This document shows positions 40,201 through 49,703 of a stretch of 64,000 bases of DNA, one piece after another. The position numbers and the translations under genes are program-made. The stretch comes from Eledone cirrhosa (taxonomy: Eukaryota): NCBI GenBank assembly GCA_964016885.1, contig OZ024745.1:43710001-43774000 (forward strand). Reading direction: 5' to 3'. The notes beneath the pieces were generated by a model. It did no database searches. It saw nothing but the letters and a program-made list of their open reading frames with translations, and was not told the DNA's origin. Position 1 is the stretch's first letter, and every line of letters begins with the position of its first letter.

Positions 40201-40508
40201 TCCTTACGTTCAAGCATTTCTACAACCTCGTTAGCGCGACCCTTTAGGGTGCCTACATTTATGGTACCAACTCTGAAGTTTTGGGTTGCGTTTGGAGGGT
40301 GGGGGTGGTGGGGGGCGGGAGGAGATAGGGTTATGTTAGCCATCCGCGGACGAAACAAAGAGGAGTGCTTGCATTCTCGTCCACGAGGTGAATTTGACTT
40401 TAACTTTGGCATTTTCGCTCTGAGCGTCCAGATTTTTCTCTCCCTTCCACTCTCCAGGATTCCGCAGTCCGTCCGTCCATCCATCCATCCATCATATATC
40501 GAAGGCAA
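37230..40508 (-). CDS. RTE polyprotein: APE endonuclease + reverse transcriptase + PHD-like Cys/His finger (intact ORF; plausible ATG starts at 40412 or 40343)
   Basis: Endonuclease motifs GTINVGTL, CIQETRW, GDLNGHVG, VDYIL, SQHRL; RT motifs YRGIKL, FVDLEKAFDRV, GVHQGSVLSP, YADD, FRYLG; C-terminal RLRWYGHVMR and GRPRKTW typical of RTE. Confidence 0.96.
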   Translation of the reverse strand: MPSIYDGWMDGRTDCGILESGRERKIWTLRAKMPKLKSNSPRGRECKHSSLFRPRMANITLSPPAPHHPHPPNATQNFRVGTINVGTLKGRANEVVEMLERKEVDVCCIQETRWRGGSARFIEGKKRCYKLFWVGNDDGLGGVGIMVAEKWADKIIDVNRVNDRIMKIRLVLNRTTVTVISAYAPQSGLPGTIKDRFYETLLLTTSQISDSDYIIIAGDLNGHVGQHCDGYGEIHGGYGFGTRNEEGSRILEYCDANNLTICNTNFKKRDNHLITYRSGEHTSQVDYILTRRRDRVSVVNTKSLPHEECTSQHRLIISDLIVRTRRTRQQKRTILRRKIWKLKDPTARNKFQSILLDAFDSKEEHLESDNIEGQWKFLKANLLLATDEVCGWSRPVGRRRVTWWWNSRVEGSIKAKRQAWKVWRDGGSRVDYQVARREARREVYLARREAEERKFKHVLQRDDQKREVFRIARQCVKENRDIVGEKCVLNDDGILAITDTDKKVAWKCHYERLLNEENKWEKDSLPHIDPIEGPAVLVEGSIISKAIKDMKTGKAAGPSEIVAEMLKASGTVGHTMVTRIVNQVVQNGVVPKDWHSSIIVNCYKGKGDALDRRNYRGIKLIDQVMKVTEKVIAQLIRERIDLDEMQFGFVSGKSTTDALFIVRQLQEKYLAKGKPLYLAFVDLEKAFDRVPRSIIWWALRKLGVDEWLVRAIQAMYKETVSKVRINNEYSEEFSVKVGVHQGSVLSPLLFIIALQAITEEFKTGCPWELLYADDLTLIAESMAELEKKFQTWKHGLESKGLKINLAKTKVLVCRKENKAAVPSGKWSCLACRKGVGRNSILCPKCKVWVHKRCSGITGKLTKNIDFTCGRCSGAISSSKCPQNTSSFNCAEGSIEIVDSFRYLGDKISSGGGCSESTVARVRTGWKKFRELIPLLAAKGFSLKMKGRLYDACIRTAMLHGSETWALCAEDIRRLERNEACMLRWMCNSNIRERQSINELRKKLEIRGIRCCLLERRLRWYGHVMRMKVDSCITKCRAIKIDGSHGIGRPRKTWDELINSDLTHLHLSKTMSLDRDLWRYSVTEKTRLASRHL

Positions 40509-40702
40509 CCGGGCAAGCGATAGTATAGGCCTCTGGCTTATGATTTGGTCCGCGTAATAATAATAATGGTGATGCGTGGGGGTGGGGGGCTCTGGCTTAT
40601 AATAATGGTGGTGATGCGTGGGTGGGGGGGCTCTGGCTTATGATTGGTCCACGTATTAAGTATGGTGGCGTGTGGGGGCGGGAGGGAGGGGTGTGGGGTA
40701 GC

Positions 40703-41425
40703 TAGCTGGAAGGTTATGAATGTTTAACAAGCGATTTAACAAAAAGCAAAACTGCAAGATTTGTTCTGTTCAATACGACAAAAACACCGTATTTAAACCT
40801 TAAATAGATAACAAAAAATACAGATTTCGGATTTTGCGAGATTGGATGTTTGTTTGGACTATGTACGAAATTGAGCGTGGAATGGAGAGAAAAATTTGTA
40901 CTTTACGATTTACATGGGTACACCATAGTAGAAATAATTGAAGCAGCAGTGGATTGGCGAAAGTGAATAAACATGAAGGAGAACTTATCTTATATATATA
41001 TATGTGTGTGTGTGTGTGTAGCTAAGAGAGAGATAGAGGGGAAGAAAGAGAGGGGGGAAGGGGGAGAGATATTGTGGCTGACCGCAGCCCCTCGTGGAGT
41101 AGCAGGAGGGTGAAGGGGTGGAGCGGATTTTTGACTTTCAAGTAGCATACTATATATATTCAAAGTAATTTATAAGTAGAATGGGAAGGATTTTGTTTTT
41201 TTGTTTGAGAATACGATAGAATTAAGATAGCTGGAAGGTTATGAATGTTTAACAAGCGATTTAACAAAAAGCAAAACTGCAAGATTTGTTCTGTTCAATA
41301 CGACAAAAACACCGTATTTAAACCTTAAATAGATAACAAAAAATACAGATTTCGGATTTTGCGAGATTGGATGTTTGTTTGGACTATGTACGAAATTGAG
41401 CGTGGAATGGAGAGAAAAATTTGTA
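40703..41425. repeat. Two identical 198-bp direct repeats (40703-40900 and 41228-41425; period 525 bp) in the RTE 5' region
   Basis: Read directly: tagctggaaggttatgaatg...gagagaaaaatttgta occurs twice. Confidence 0.93.
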
Positions 41426-41501
41426 TATATATATATAAACAGAATTATAAATAACCATTAGCAAAGAGCACAGAATTAATAGAAATAAATAAGTAACATA
41501 C

Positions 41502-41620
41502 CTGTTCTTTAGTTTGAGCTTTGTTAACATAATCCCGACCAACCTTCAGTTTGGGCCGAAGGAAAGCCTGGGTCATAGCAGTAACATGTAGTCCCAGCAG
41601 ATGACAGACCTTCTGAGCAA
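41502..41620 (-). CDS. zip: NMHC exon: [10 protein letters not shown]...[18 protein letters not shown]
   Basis: 119 nt, cag / gtatgt. Confidence 0.95.
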
Positions 41621-42697
41621 CTGCAAAATGAATAAAACTAAATTTATTGAAACATTCTTTTGATCTAGATTACAGCTTTATTCAGTGAAAAGGATTCCTA
41701 TTTTATTTGTACATCTGTACAAAGTATATTTTTTAAAATAAGGCCTAATAAAAATAATGTTGGTATTTGGGTGGCTGTGTGTGTATACAAGTGTTTTAAA
41801 GCTAGTTTACTTGCCAAAGCAAGAAGTTAGTCTTGTAGGTCCCATAACTGATTTATACTCATCATGAGATTCCTTTTACAGCTGGATACCCTTCCTAGTG
41901 ACAACCCTATTAGTTGACTAATACAACACAGGTATGCAGTGTACCTATTCTAAACTAGATAGAGTGTTCATTTGAGAGTGAGAAGTATTATTTAAGTTTT
42001 AATTGATAAGTCTTTGAGCTATGAGAGAGAAAAACGTTTCATCCCCCTTAACATGAAATACTCCACTTAGCTATAGATCTAAGCAGTGGTTTATTGAAAA
42101 TATCTATTATTTATATTGACACAGAAGTTCATCTATTCAAAAGTTTCCATGCATGAAATACAGAAAGTTAGTACTACATTAGTGAGATTAAAAAATGAAT
42201 ATAGTTGAACCAAATGGAGACCTACCACTAAAGTTAAGATGTTACAAAACATACTAAAAATGTATGCTTAAAACCTTTTAACTCTTAAGAGATGACAGGG
42301 CTGATTTATTAGCCTGATAATAGAAGTCTTGAGACTAGCTGGCTGGTCTTCATACCAGCCAATCAAATTGCTTCTTGCAATGGCAGTTTCCATGATAGTT
42401 TGCTGTGTTCTGTGATTTATTTATCATACACTTTATTTTTTATGTTTTTTGACAAATAAGTGCATGCCCTCTGTAGGGCTTGTGGAAAGGGCTCCGTCTT
42501 CAAAGGATTAATAAGGCTCTGCAAAGCAAACTATTCTGCACTTACATTCATCTTATAGCTAATATTCAAAGGAGGCCTACAATAGAATGTAATTTACTCA
42601 GACCATCACATTTTATGACATAATCCATGACATAAAAATAATAAAGCCCTCCAAACATTTTCTCAAATGGAGTTTTTTAGTGAAAACTTAACATTAC

Positions 42698-42793
42698 CTG
42701 TGTTGTCTGGTAGTGTGGCTTGGTCTGAATTTCTCTCCTGTTTGAAAACAAGGTTTCCAAACAAAAGGACTGCCGAAATTACTCTGAAGATGC
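42698..42793 (-). CDS. zip: NMHC exon: [31 protein letters not shown]
   Basis: 96 nt, cag / gtaatg. Confidence 0.95.
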
Positions 42794-42893
42794 CTGTAAC
42801 AAAGAGATTGAATAAAGTTAAGTGTTCAGAATTAATTTGATATGAACAAAAATTTATTAAATTAAGGATCTATATGAAATTAACAATAATTAC

Positions 42894-43037
42894 CATTTAC
42901 GTCATCAGGTGAGAGGCCCATAACAAGCATGGATTCTGAGGTTTGGACGAATTCAGCAACATCATCTACTCCATTCACGGGCATCGAACCATGGGAAAGA
43001 TAGTGGTATGCTTTTGCATCTTCCAAGAGAAAGTCAT
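42894..43037 (-). CDS. zip: NMHC exon: DFLLEDAKAYHYLSHG...MGLSPDDVN
   Basis: 144 nt, cag / gtaatt. Confidence 0.95.
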
Positions 43038-43169
43038 CTGAAAAATATAAAATTGAATGTTTAAATGTATTCTGAATAATAGATATTTATTACAAGGCTA
43101 CATTATTACTTTGAATATTTTAACTCTAGATTTGTTGATGCTTAAAGAAGGGTAAGTTAAACCACTTGT

Positions 43170-44085
43170 AGCGGTCCTTTATCTCTTGTGAAATGTATGC
43201 ATCACATATCCATACAAGCAAAGTCTTCTCTCTCTTGCAATCATTTCTCTTCTACCCAGTTTTTTCTCAGCTCATTTATGTTTTGTCATGCAGGTTTACT
43301 TACCACATCCAGTTGAATAATTCTAGCCTCTGTATTCAAAGCCCATGTTTTGCTGTTATACACATCAGACACAAACATACAATCTGTCCTTTACTCAAAA
43401 GAAGAACCCTTTTATTGGCAGCAAAAATAATAGCACCTTGAACTTTTTCCTGTTTGTACTCTGGCCTAGAATATCCACCTCCATTGCTAATTTCAGAACC
43501 ACCACCTCTATTGTTAATTGGATGATCTAGGTAAAAGAAACTATCAATAACTTCTAGAGAATTTTCAAGGTATTTGAAAGAACTTATTTCAAGAGTGAGT
43601 GATCTTACTACTAACAGTCCTGTGCATCTACTACATACACCCTACATGTGCTCTCACTACATTTCTTGTGCACCCATAGTTTACATATGTATAGAATTTC
43701 TACCAACACCTTTTCTGTATACTGAATAGGGCCACTTCCCAGATGGCAGGAGTTCTGTATTGTTTCTTGCTACTAATCACAAACTCTAGTGTTATGCCCT
43801 CTAATTGTTTTCTTGAACATCTTTTCTCTTGTAGCAGTTGACAAAATGTGATACTATATTAGTCATTGAGGATGACAACTCTTGCTATTACTTCAATGAC
43901 TGTGTCTTACTCGATTTTCAGCATCTCAGTGATTATCCTTAACAGTCCAGCTGTTTTCCTTACATTCAAAATCTAAATGGTGCTTTTCACTATATAGCTG
44001 TCTACAATAGCAGGTCCCTCTGATGGGTTTTTTTATGGTGGCTCCTCTCTCTCATGCAGTCCTCACATACAACAATCTCTCAGTT
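43170..44085 (-). mobile_element. Older decayed RTE fragment with internal deletions
   Basis: Remnants GKWPYSVYRKGVGRNS and LEVIDSFFYLDH, and a KVQGAIIFAANKRV segment similar to the intact ORF. Confidence 0.7.
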
Positions 44086-44339
44086 TAATAAAATACACTT
44101 ATCCTTAAAATACAGTATACTAAGACAAATATTTTGCACCTAACCCCACTATAATACTAGTGGGTACATTATCAATAAATGAGTTAAAAGCTATATTATA
44201 GAGCATCATGTATGAATCCTTATCACTACAATTCAAATTCTTTACCAAAAATAATTGAAATTAAATATTACACATAAAATGAGAGTGGTTATTTAAAGAT
44301 TAGGTTAAATAAGAAAGTATAATTCAGAATACAAATCAC

Positions 44340-44438
44340 TTTTTTGAGCAGCTGAGGATCCAGAAAGGAATTGGTAAAAAATGTGGAAACTGCGTTCTCC
44401 TTCTGCTTGACGGACAGATCTTGATTTTTCTAAAAGGT
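44340..44438 (-). CDS. zip: NMHC exon: (Y)[32 protein letters not shown]
   Basis: 99 nt, cag / gtgatt. Confidence 0.95.
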
Positions 44439-45313
44439 CTGTACATATATTAAGGAAATTCAAAGCATAATTGAGAAAGGATTACCTAAATATGGAATGG
44501 ACATCTGACAATTTTGATGAGTGTTCCAGTTATTTGAGCAAGGGAACAGCCTGCTCATGACATTAATGAGCAAGTGACTGGGCATTCCATAGACGTGTGT
44601 ACCTTTAATGTAATTCTCAAGGAGATTCAGCATGACAATGTAACAAGACTGGACCATTGAATTACAGGTACAACTCATTCAACTGGATTCCAAACAATTT
44701 CCGTCTACCCAATTTCACCCACAAGGCATGGGTCGACATGAGGCTATGGTAAATGATATTTGACAAAGATGCCACTCTAGGATCAAACCTGGGGTTTAAT
44801 GATTGTGAAGTGAACTCTTTAACCATTCAGCCATGCTGCGACCACATTTACCAAATATAATTATTGACTGACCACCATGTAAAATTTTCAGAGAAAATTT
44901 GAAGAAATTATAATTATTAGACATTGCCACATTCATTAGCTACCTTGCAGCACCTTTACTGGCAGAATTTAAAACACTAGACAAGTACCGTGATATAATA
45001 AAGGAATTTGTAAATTTAGATAAGTTTTGCTGTGAGGAAGATGAGAATCCTTTTGTTTTAAGCAAACTTCTTTGTAATCACACAACATTCAAACTTATTA
45101 TCCAAGTTTACAACACAGACTGAAATTAGTTTCCTCAGACACTGGAGGGCAACTTTAATTTATCATAAAGTTACAGGATTCACAATTTGCCCAATCCTTT
45201 TGAAATATACAAGTTTCTGATCAGCAACACCTTAAATAAATTTACTGACTTTAAGGAAGAACCCATCTAATAACACAATTTATAACATGAAATTAAACAT
45301 TCACAAAGGATAC
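44439..45313 (-). other. U12-type (minor spliceosome) GT-AG intron
   Basis: 5' splice site GTATCCTTT (45305-45313); branch TTCCTTAAT (44449-44457) ~11 nt before the CAG; no polypyrimidine tract. Confidence 0.92.
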
Positions 45314-45377
45314 AAGTTTCAATGTTGGCACCACAGATATATCCAGACATGTCGAAATTGATTCGAATAAATTTACC
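45314..45377 (-). CDS. zip: NMHC exon: GKFIRINFDMSGYICGANIET
   Basis: 64 nt; donor is GTATCCTTT (U12 type). Confidence 0.96.
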
Positions 45378-46392
45378 CTGAAATTCAAAATTTAACCAGT
45401 TAAAATGATTCATCATTACTAATTAACATTTAGAATTTTTTATAAAGCAATCAGTAGATGTAGAACATTTATATCAACACAACAGCAAATATTTTTTAAA
45501 CATTAAAAATATAACCTTTACAAGTGATGAATATATAAGTGATGAATATATTGGTTGTTCGTTATAACTGCTGTATCAGTCTTGTTATTTATATATTTTT
45601 ACATCATGCATGCTTCTCTTTATGCAACCTCAGAGTTCAAATAGCTGATAAAATGAGATTCCTACCAATTTTCTGATAGTACTTTAAATCCAAGTCAACC
45701 AATTTTAATTGCATGTTCTAATTGTATCGTTAGAAGTACTGATATGAGCACCCAAATGGTTAAGCTTACATTGTAAACAATGTATCATTGTTTAACATCT
45801 GCTTTTCCTGCTGCCAGTAAGGGTTAGACAGGTCATCAGCAGGCCGGGTTGATACTCAAAGCAGAGGTGCTAACCCCATGATGACCTAGGAGTCAGCATC
45901 TCACATACATTTCTGCATCCTACAGAGTTGAAACAAACCAGCAGCCCACAACTAGATTACATACAATCCCATGCACTACTAAGTGAATGTTATTGTGTTA
46001 CCAACACTAAGGTGGTTGTCACGTATTTGGTACAGCTGAAAAGACCTCCCAACCAGTTATTTGACAGATTTTCTATGGTTGGATGCCCTTCCTATCATCA
46101 ACCACTTTACAGAGTGTACTGAGTATGTATATGGAGATTATTTTTTTCTTGCTTGCTTGCTTGATTATCAAGAACTTAAGATACATGAACATGACCTGGG
46201 CCTTATACAGTGTTACTCTAGGTAAGAAAATAAGTTAAAAAAATAACATTTTTGTTTTTACTCATTAGTTATGAAATTCAAATTATAGAAAGGATAAGAT
46301 GGTTTTATTTTAACAAATTACAAGAAAAATATTTTATTTAAAAAAAAAAATCAGTGTGATACAAGTAAAAACTAAAATGTAATAATACTTAC

Positions 46393-46485
46393 AAAACGAG
46401 ATGAGTTGTCATTTTTAATGGTTTTGGCATTTCCAAAAGCTTCAAGGATAGGGTTAGCTTGTAACAATTGGTTTTCTAGTTCACC
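46393..46485 (-). CDS. zip: NMHC exon: [31 protein letters not shown] (switch I)
   Basis: 93 nt, cag / gtaagt. Confidence 0.96.
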
Positions 46486-49400
46486 CTGAAATGTGTGATT
46501 GTATGATTTCAATTAGATTGTGAAGATGTACAGCTTTGATATTCTGTTAAAAGTATAAGACATGTCACTACTCAACATTAAAATACCCCAATGGTATTGA
46601 AATTTATAATTAAAGAGACATCTTAAATGAACAGATGTAATAGAAAAAAAAATACCATTAAACAGACCAAAACCAGTTGTTATAAACTAAAACAGATAAA
46701 AAACCAACTTTTAATTGTTTTAAATGTAGAAAGAATTTTTTATGGACAATACATTTGATGGAGCAATGGAAACTTAATTCATACACCTCCATCTTAACAT
46801 AGCTAGGATGGGCTAGGAAATAGCTAGGAAATTTAAATATTGCATATGAACTGTTGAAAGCAATTATTTTATATTACAACTGGCGAACAACAGTGTCAAT
46901 GCTTTCAGGTTTCAAATGAGTCAATCACTTGTGCAATGTATTTTTGAGGGAGTGTCAGTAACTGCAGAACAAAAAAATATTCGTCAAAAGAGCACCATTT
47001 CTTAAATAATATTTACATCCTTTGCCAATATGAATCTACAGTTTCCATCTACCAAACTCCACCTCTGAGGCATTGGTCAACCTGAGGCCATGCTAGAATG
47101 CATTTGACCAAGGTGACAGTCATGATAAAAACTCCATAATTGCATAGCCATGCCTGCTAACAATATCAACTGGAAGATAGAGGTAATATCTATTTTCAAC
47201 AAAAATAACTGGAGTCAGGCAGCAGAGCTGCTTGCTAATTCTATAATTTTGGCCAATATTTTGTTATAGAATTAAGTTTTGAACTAATAACTATCATTAC
47301 CAACAAAAAATATCCAACAGAAATATTTCAGCTGTGACATTTAAGTACATTTTAAAATCCCAAACTTTGAAGATGACTTCAAATCTTAGGAAAAACAACT
47401 CAAGATATATATTCTTTTAATTCTTCTAATTGAAAACAATGACAGGTCTACAAAACTACGATAGTAATTTCAGGTGTATAAAGAATCAATCACCAGAAAT
47501 TGAGCAAATAACTTAGTGTGTTTATTAAGCTAAAATAGTTGAATTATCATTAACAGTATGATTATAATTTGCTTACATTATTGTGACCAGTTAAAGTAAG
47601 GATTAGCAGTAGAAAGGATATCCACTTGTAGAAATACTTTTTAATAATACACAAATATTGAATTAATTACTACACTTGTGCTACCATCGAAAAATTGTTT
47701 ATTCTTGATATGTTTTGTTGTTGATTTTTAACAAAGATGCCATTTGTAGGAATGCTGAATGATCCTGTAATGATTTAGCAGAAAATGTCTAAAAACATGT
47801 CTGTTATTTCAAATGTTTTATAATATATTTACAAGTGGACATTATAAAAATTTGCAGTAAACCAAAATAACAAAAATTCCATTTTTAATTTGATTTAGTG
47901 CTGTTTTATACTTTTTGAGTATGTCTTGTTTATTTAGTTTCATGTGGTACAAGATGTTAAGCATTAAAGAAATTACTGTAACTTGTTGGAAAATGCCAAG
48001 TTAATTTTTCTAATGCTAACTGTTCGCTTTTTCATCACAGTAGACTGAATTAATTAGAGCAATCTCCTTTGACCAAGTATGCAATACAACACCTAAGATG
48101 TGTAGTTTTTACCCATAAAGTTCATCAATAATACTCAGGTGCTAAAAATTCAACAAATCTTTTCTGGTAACACACATCAGAAATACCTCAGTAAAAACCG
48201 TGGCTGAAGAATCTAAAAGACTAATTCAAATGCCAATTCAGAAACTTACAACTACAATAGCCTAATTAACATGAAAGCTGGATATTTCCACAATGAAGTA
48301 CAATAATTAGAGCATAAGCATTTTTTTCCATTGTGGCTAATAAAAGAAAAATTATATATATTTTAAATGTGAACATAAAATAAATATGAAGAATTACCAT
48401 ATTGAAGTTAACAGGTTTTTTATAGAATAGACACTATCAAGATAGCTTCCACTCCACAAAGAATGTCAATATATTAATCTTGGAAACTCAGAACTGACAA
48501 TAATCCAAAGCAAAATATAGCTACAGAGAATAAATTACAAGAGGTGGAAGTTGATAAAAATATTGCAAATTATTGCAGGAAGTGGACAGAAGAGAAATAG
48601 CCTTGTGAAAGTTTGTAAGTTGTACATCAAAGCTAATCTGTAGATTTTTAATGGTTGATGGTACCACCATCATAACAGTGGATGGTATCATTAGTCTCAT
48701 ATTGAAGATATGACTTGGTACTATGAGAATGTCAGCAAGTATCCTGAAGTGGAATACTCTAGTAATAGTGACCAAGTATTGAGTGTAGGTTAGGATACTG
48801 TGAAGAATAAAGAATAAATAAGAGTTCATAGAACCCAATCCAAAGGGACAGATACAGTAAAAAAAAAAAAAATCTTGTTAAGAATATTAGAATTAGTTTG
48901 AAGAACATTACCATAAAATGTTTCTCAATTGTACTAAAGAACTATATAAGTCCAAAATGTGTTTAAGATGGTAACAGTTATTTATTTTGAACAAGCTTTA
49001 AAATGTCCATAAGAAAACACAAGAAGCATTATTTATTACTGAATGTAATTATATTTTGATAGTCAAATGAAAAATAACAGCAACAAGAGAAAGTATAATA
49101 ATGATCACTATATTAGCATTTCCAACAGATAACTGAAATAATCTTAGTAGAGATTGTTTAAACTTATGGAAGATACACTAAATGTCTTTAATGACAAACA
49201 TGCAGACATTGCTTCATCAAAACAAGAATTTTAGAACAATTACAAGAAAATGTCACTACCAATGCTCTCAATAATGTTTTAATTAACAAGGAACAAAAGT
49301 AATGAAACAGAAGAATAGCATACAATAAAAATAAAGTCTTGGAACATTTTCTAAAAGAGATATATGGATACAATAGCCATGCCATTGTCATGTAGGAAAA

Positions 49401-49572
49401 TAGGCAATTATTCATTTATATGTGGATTGTTTTAAACCCTGCTTCTAACTCATAATATGAAAACTAAGTCTTCAGATTTTTTTTAACATTAGAGATTCAG
49501 AATCTGCAAAACAATTTTTTTAAATCAGAAACAGTTAGGGGATTTAAAGCAACACACACACAATACATATAT

Positions 49573-49703
49573 ATATTTAATATAGAAATGGCTTCAACAG
49601 GACTAGAACTGTTTCATTCGGAGGAAATCATCAGGGCTTTCCTAATGATTTCCTCCGAATGAAACAGTTCTAGTCCTGTAGAAGCCATTTTTATATTAAA
49701 TAT
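49573..49703. repeat. Palindrome with 63-bp arms, 5-nt loop and 3 mismatches; contains a type I hammerhead-like fold (Penelope-like terminal repeat remnant)
   Basis: Arms 49573-49635 and 49641-49703; CT(G/A)ATGA...GAAA-CAG...CTG-TA motif. Confidence 0.85.

Larger units (their letters stand above)
36883..41425 (-). mobile_element. Near full-length RTE-clade non-LTR retrotransposon (~4.5 kb) in a myosin intron
   Basis: Single long ORF, ~0.35-kb 3' UTR ending in a (GAT)n tail, ~0.9-kb 5' region with repeats, (TA)n runs on both flanks (36873-36884 and 41424-41437) as a probable TSD. Confidence 0.93.

Noticed and set aside
37306-40557. Plus-strand ORFs overlapping the RTE
   Set aside because: Antisense shadows of the RTE ORF with no recognisable motifs.
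40703-41425. The 198-bp direct repeats as LTRs
   Set aside because: No TG...CA ends, PBS or PPT; both copies lie on the 5' side of a non-LTR ORF.
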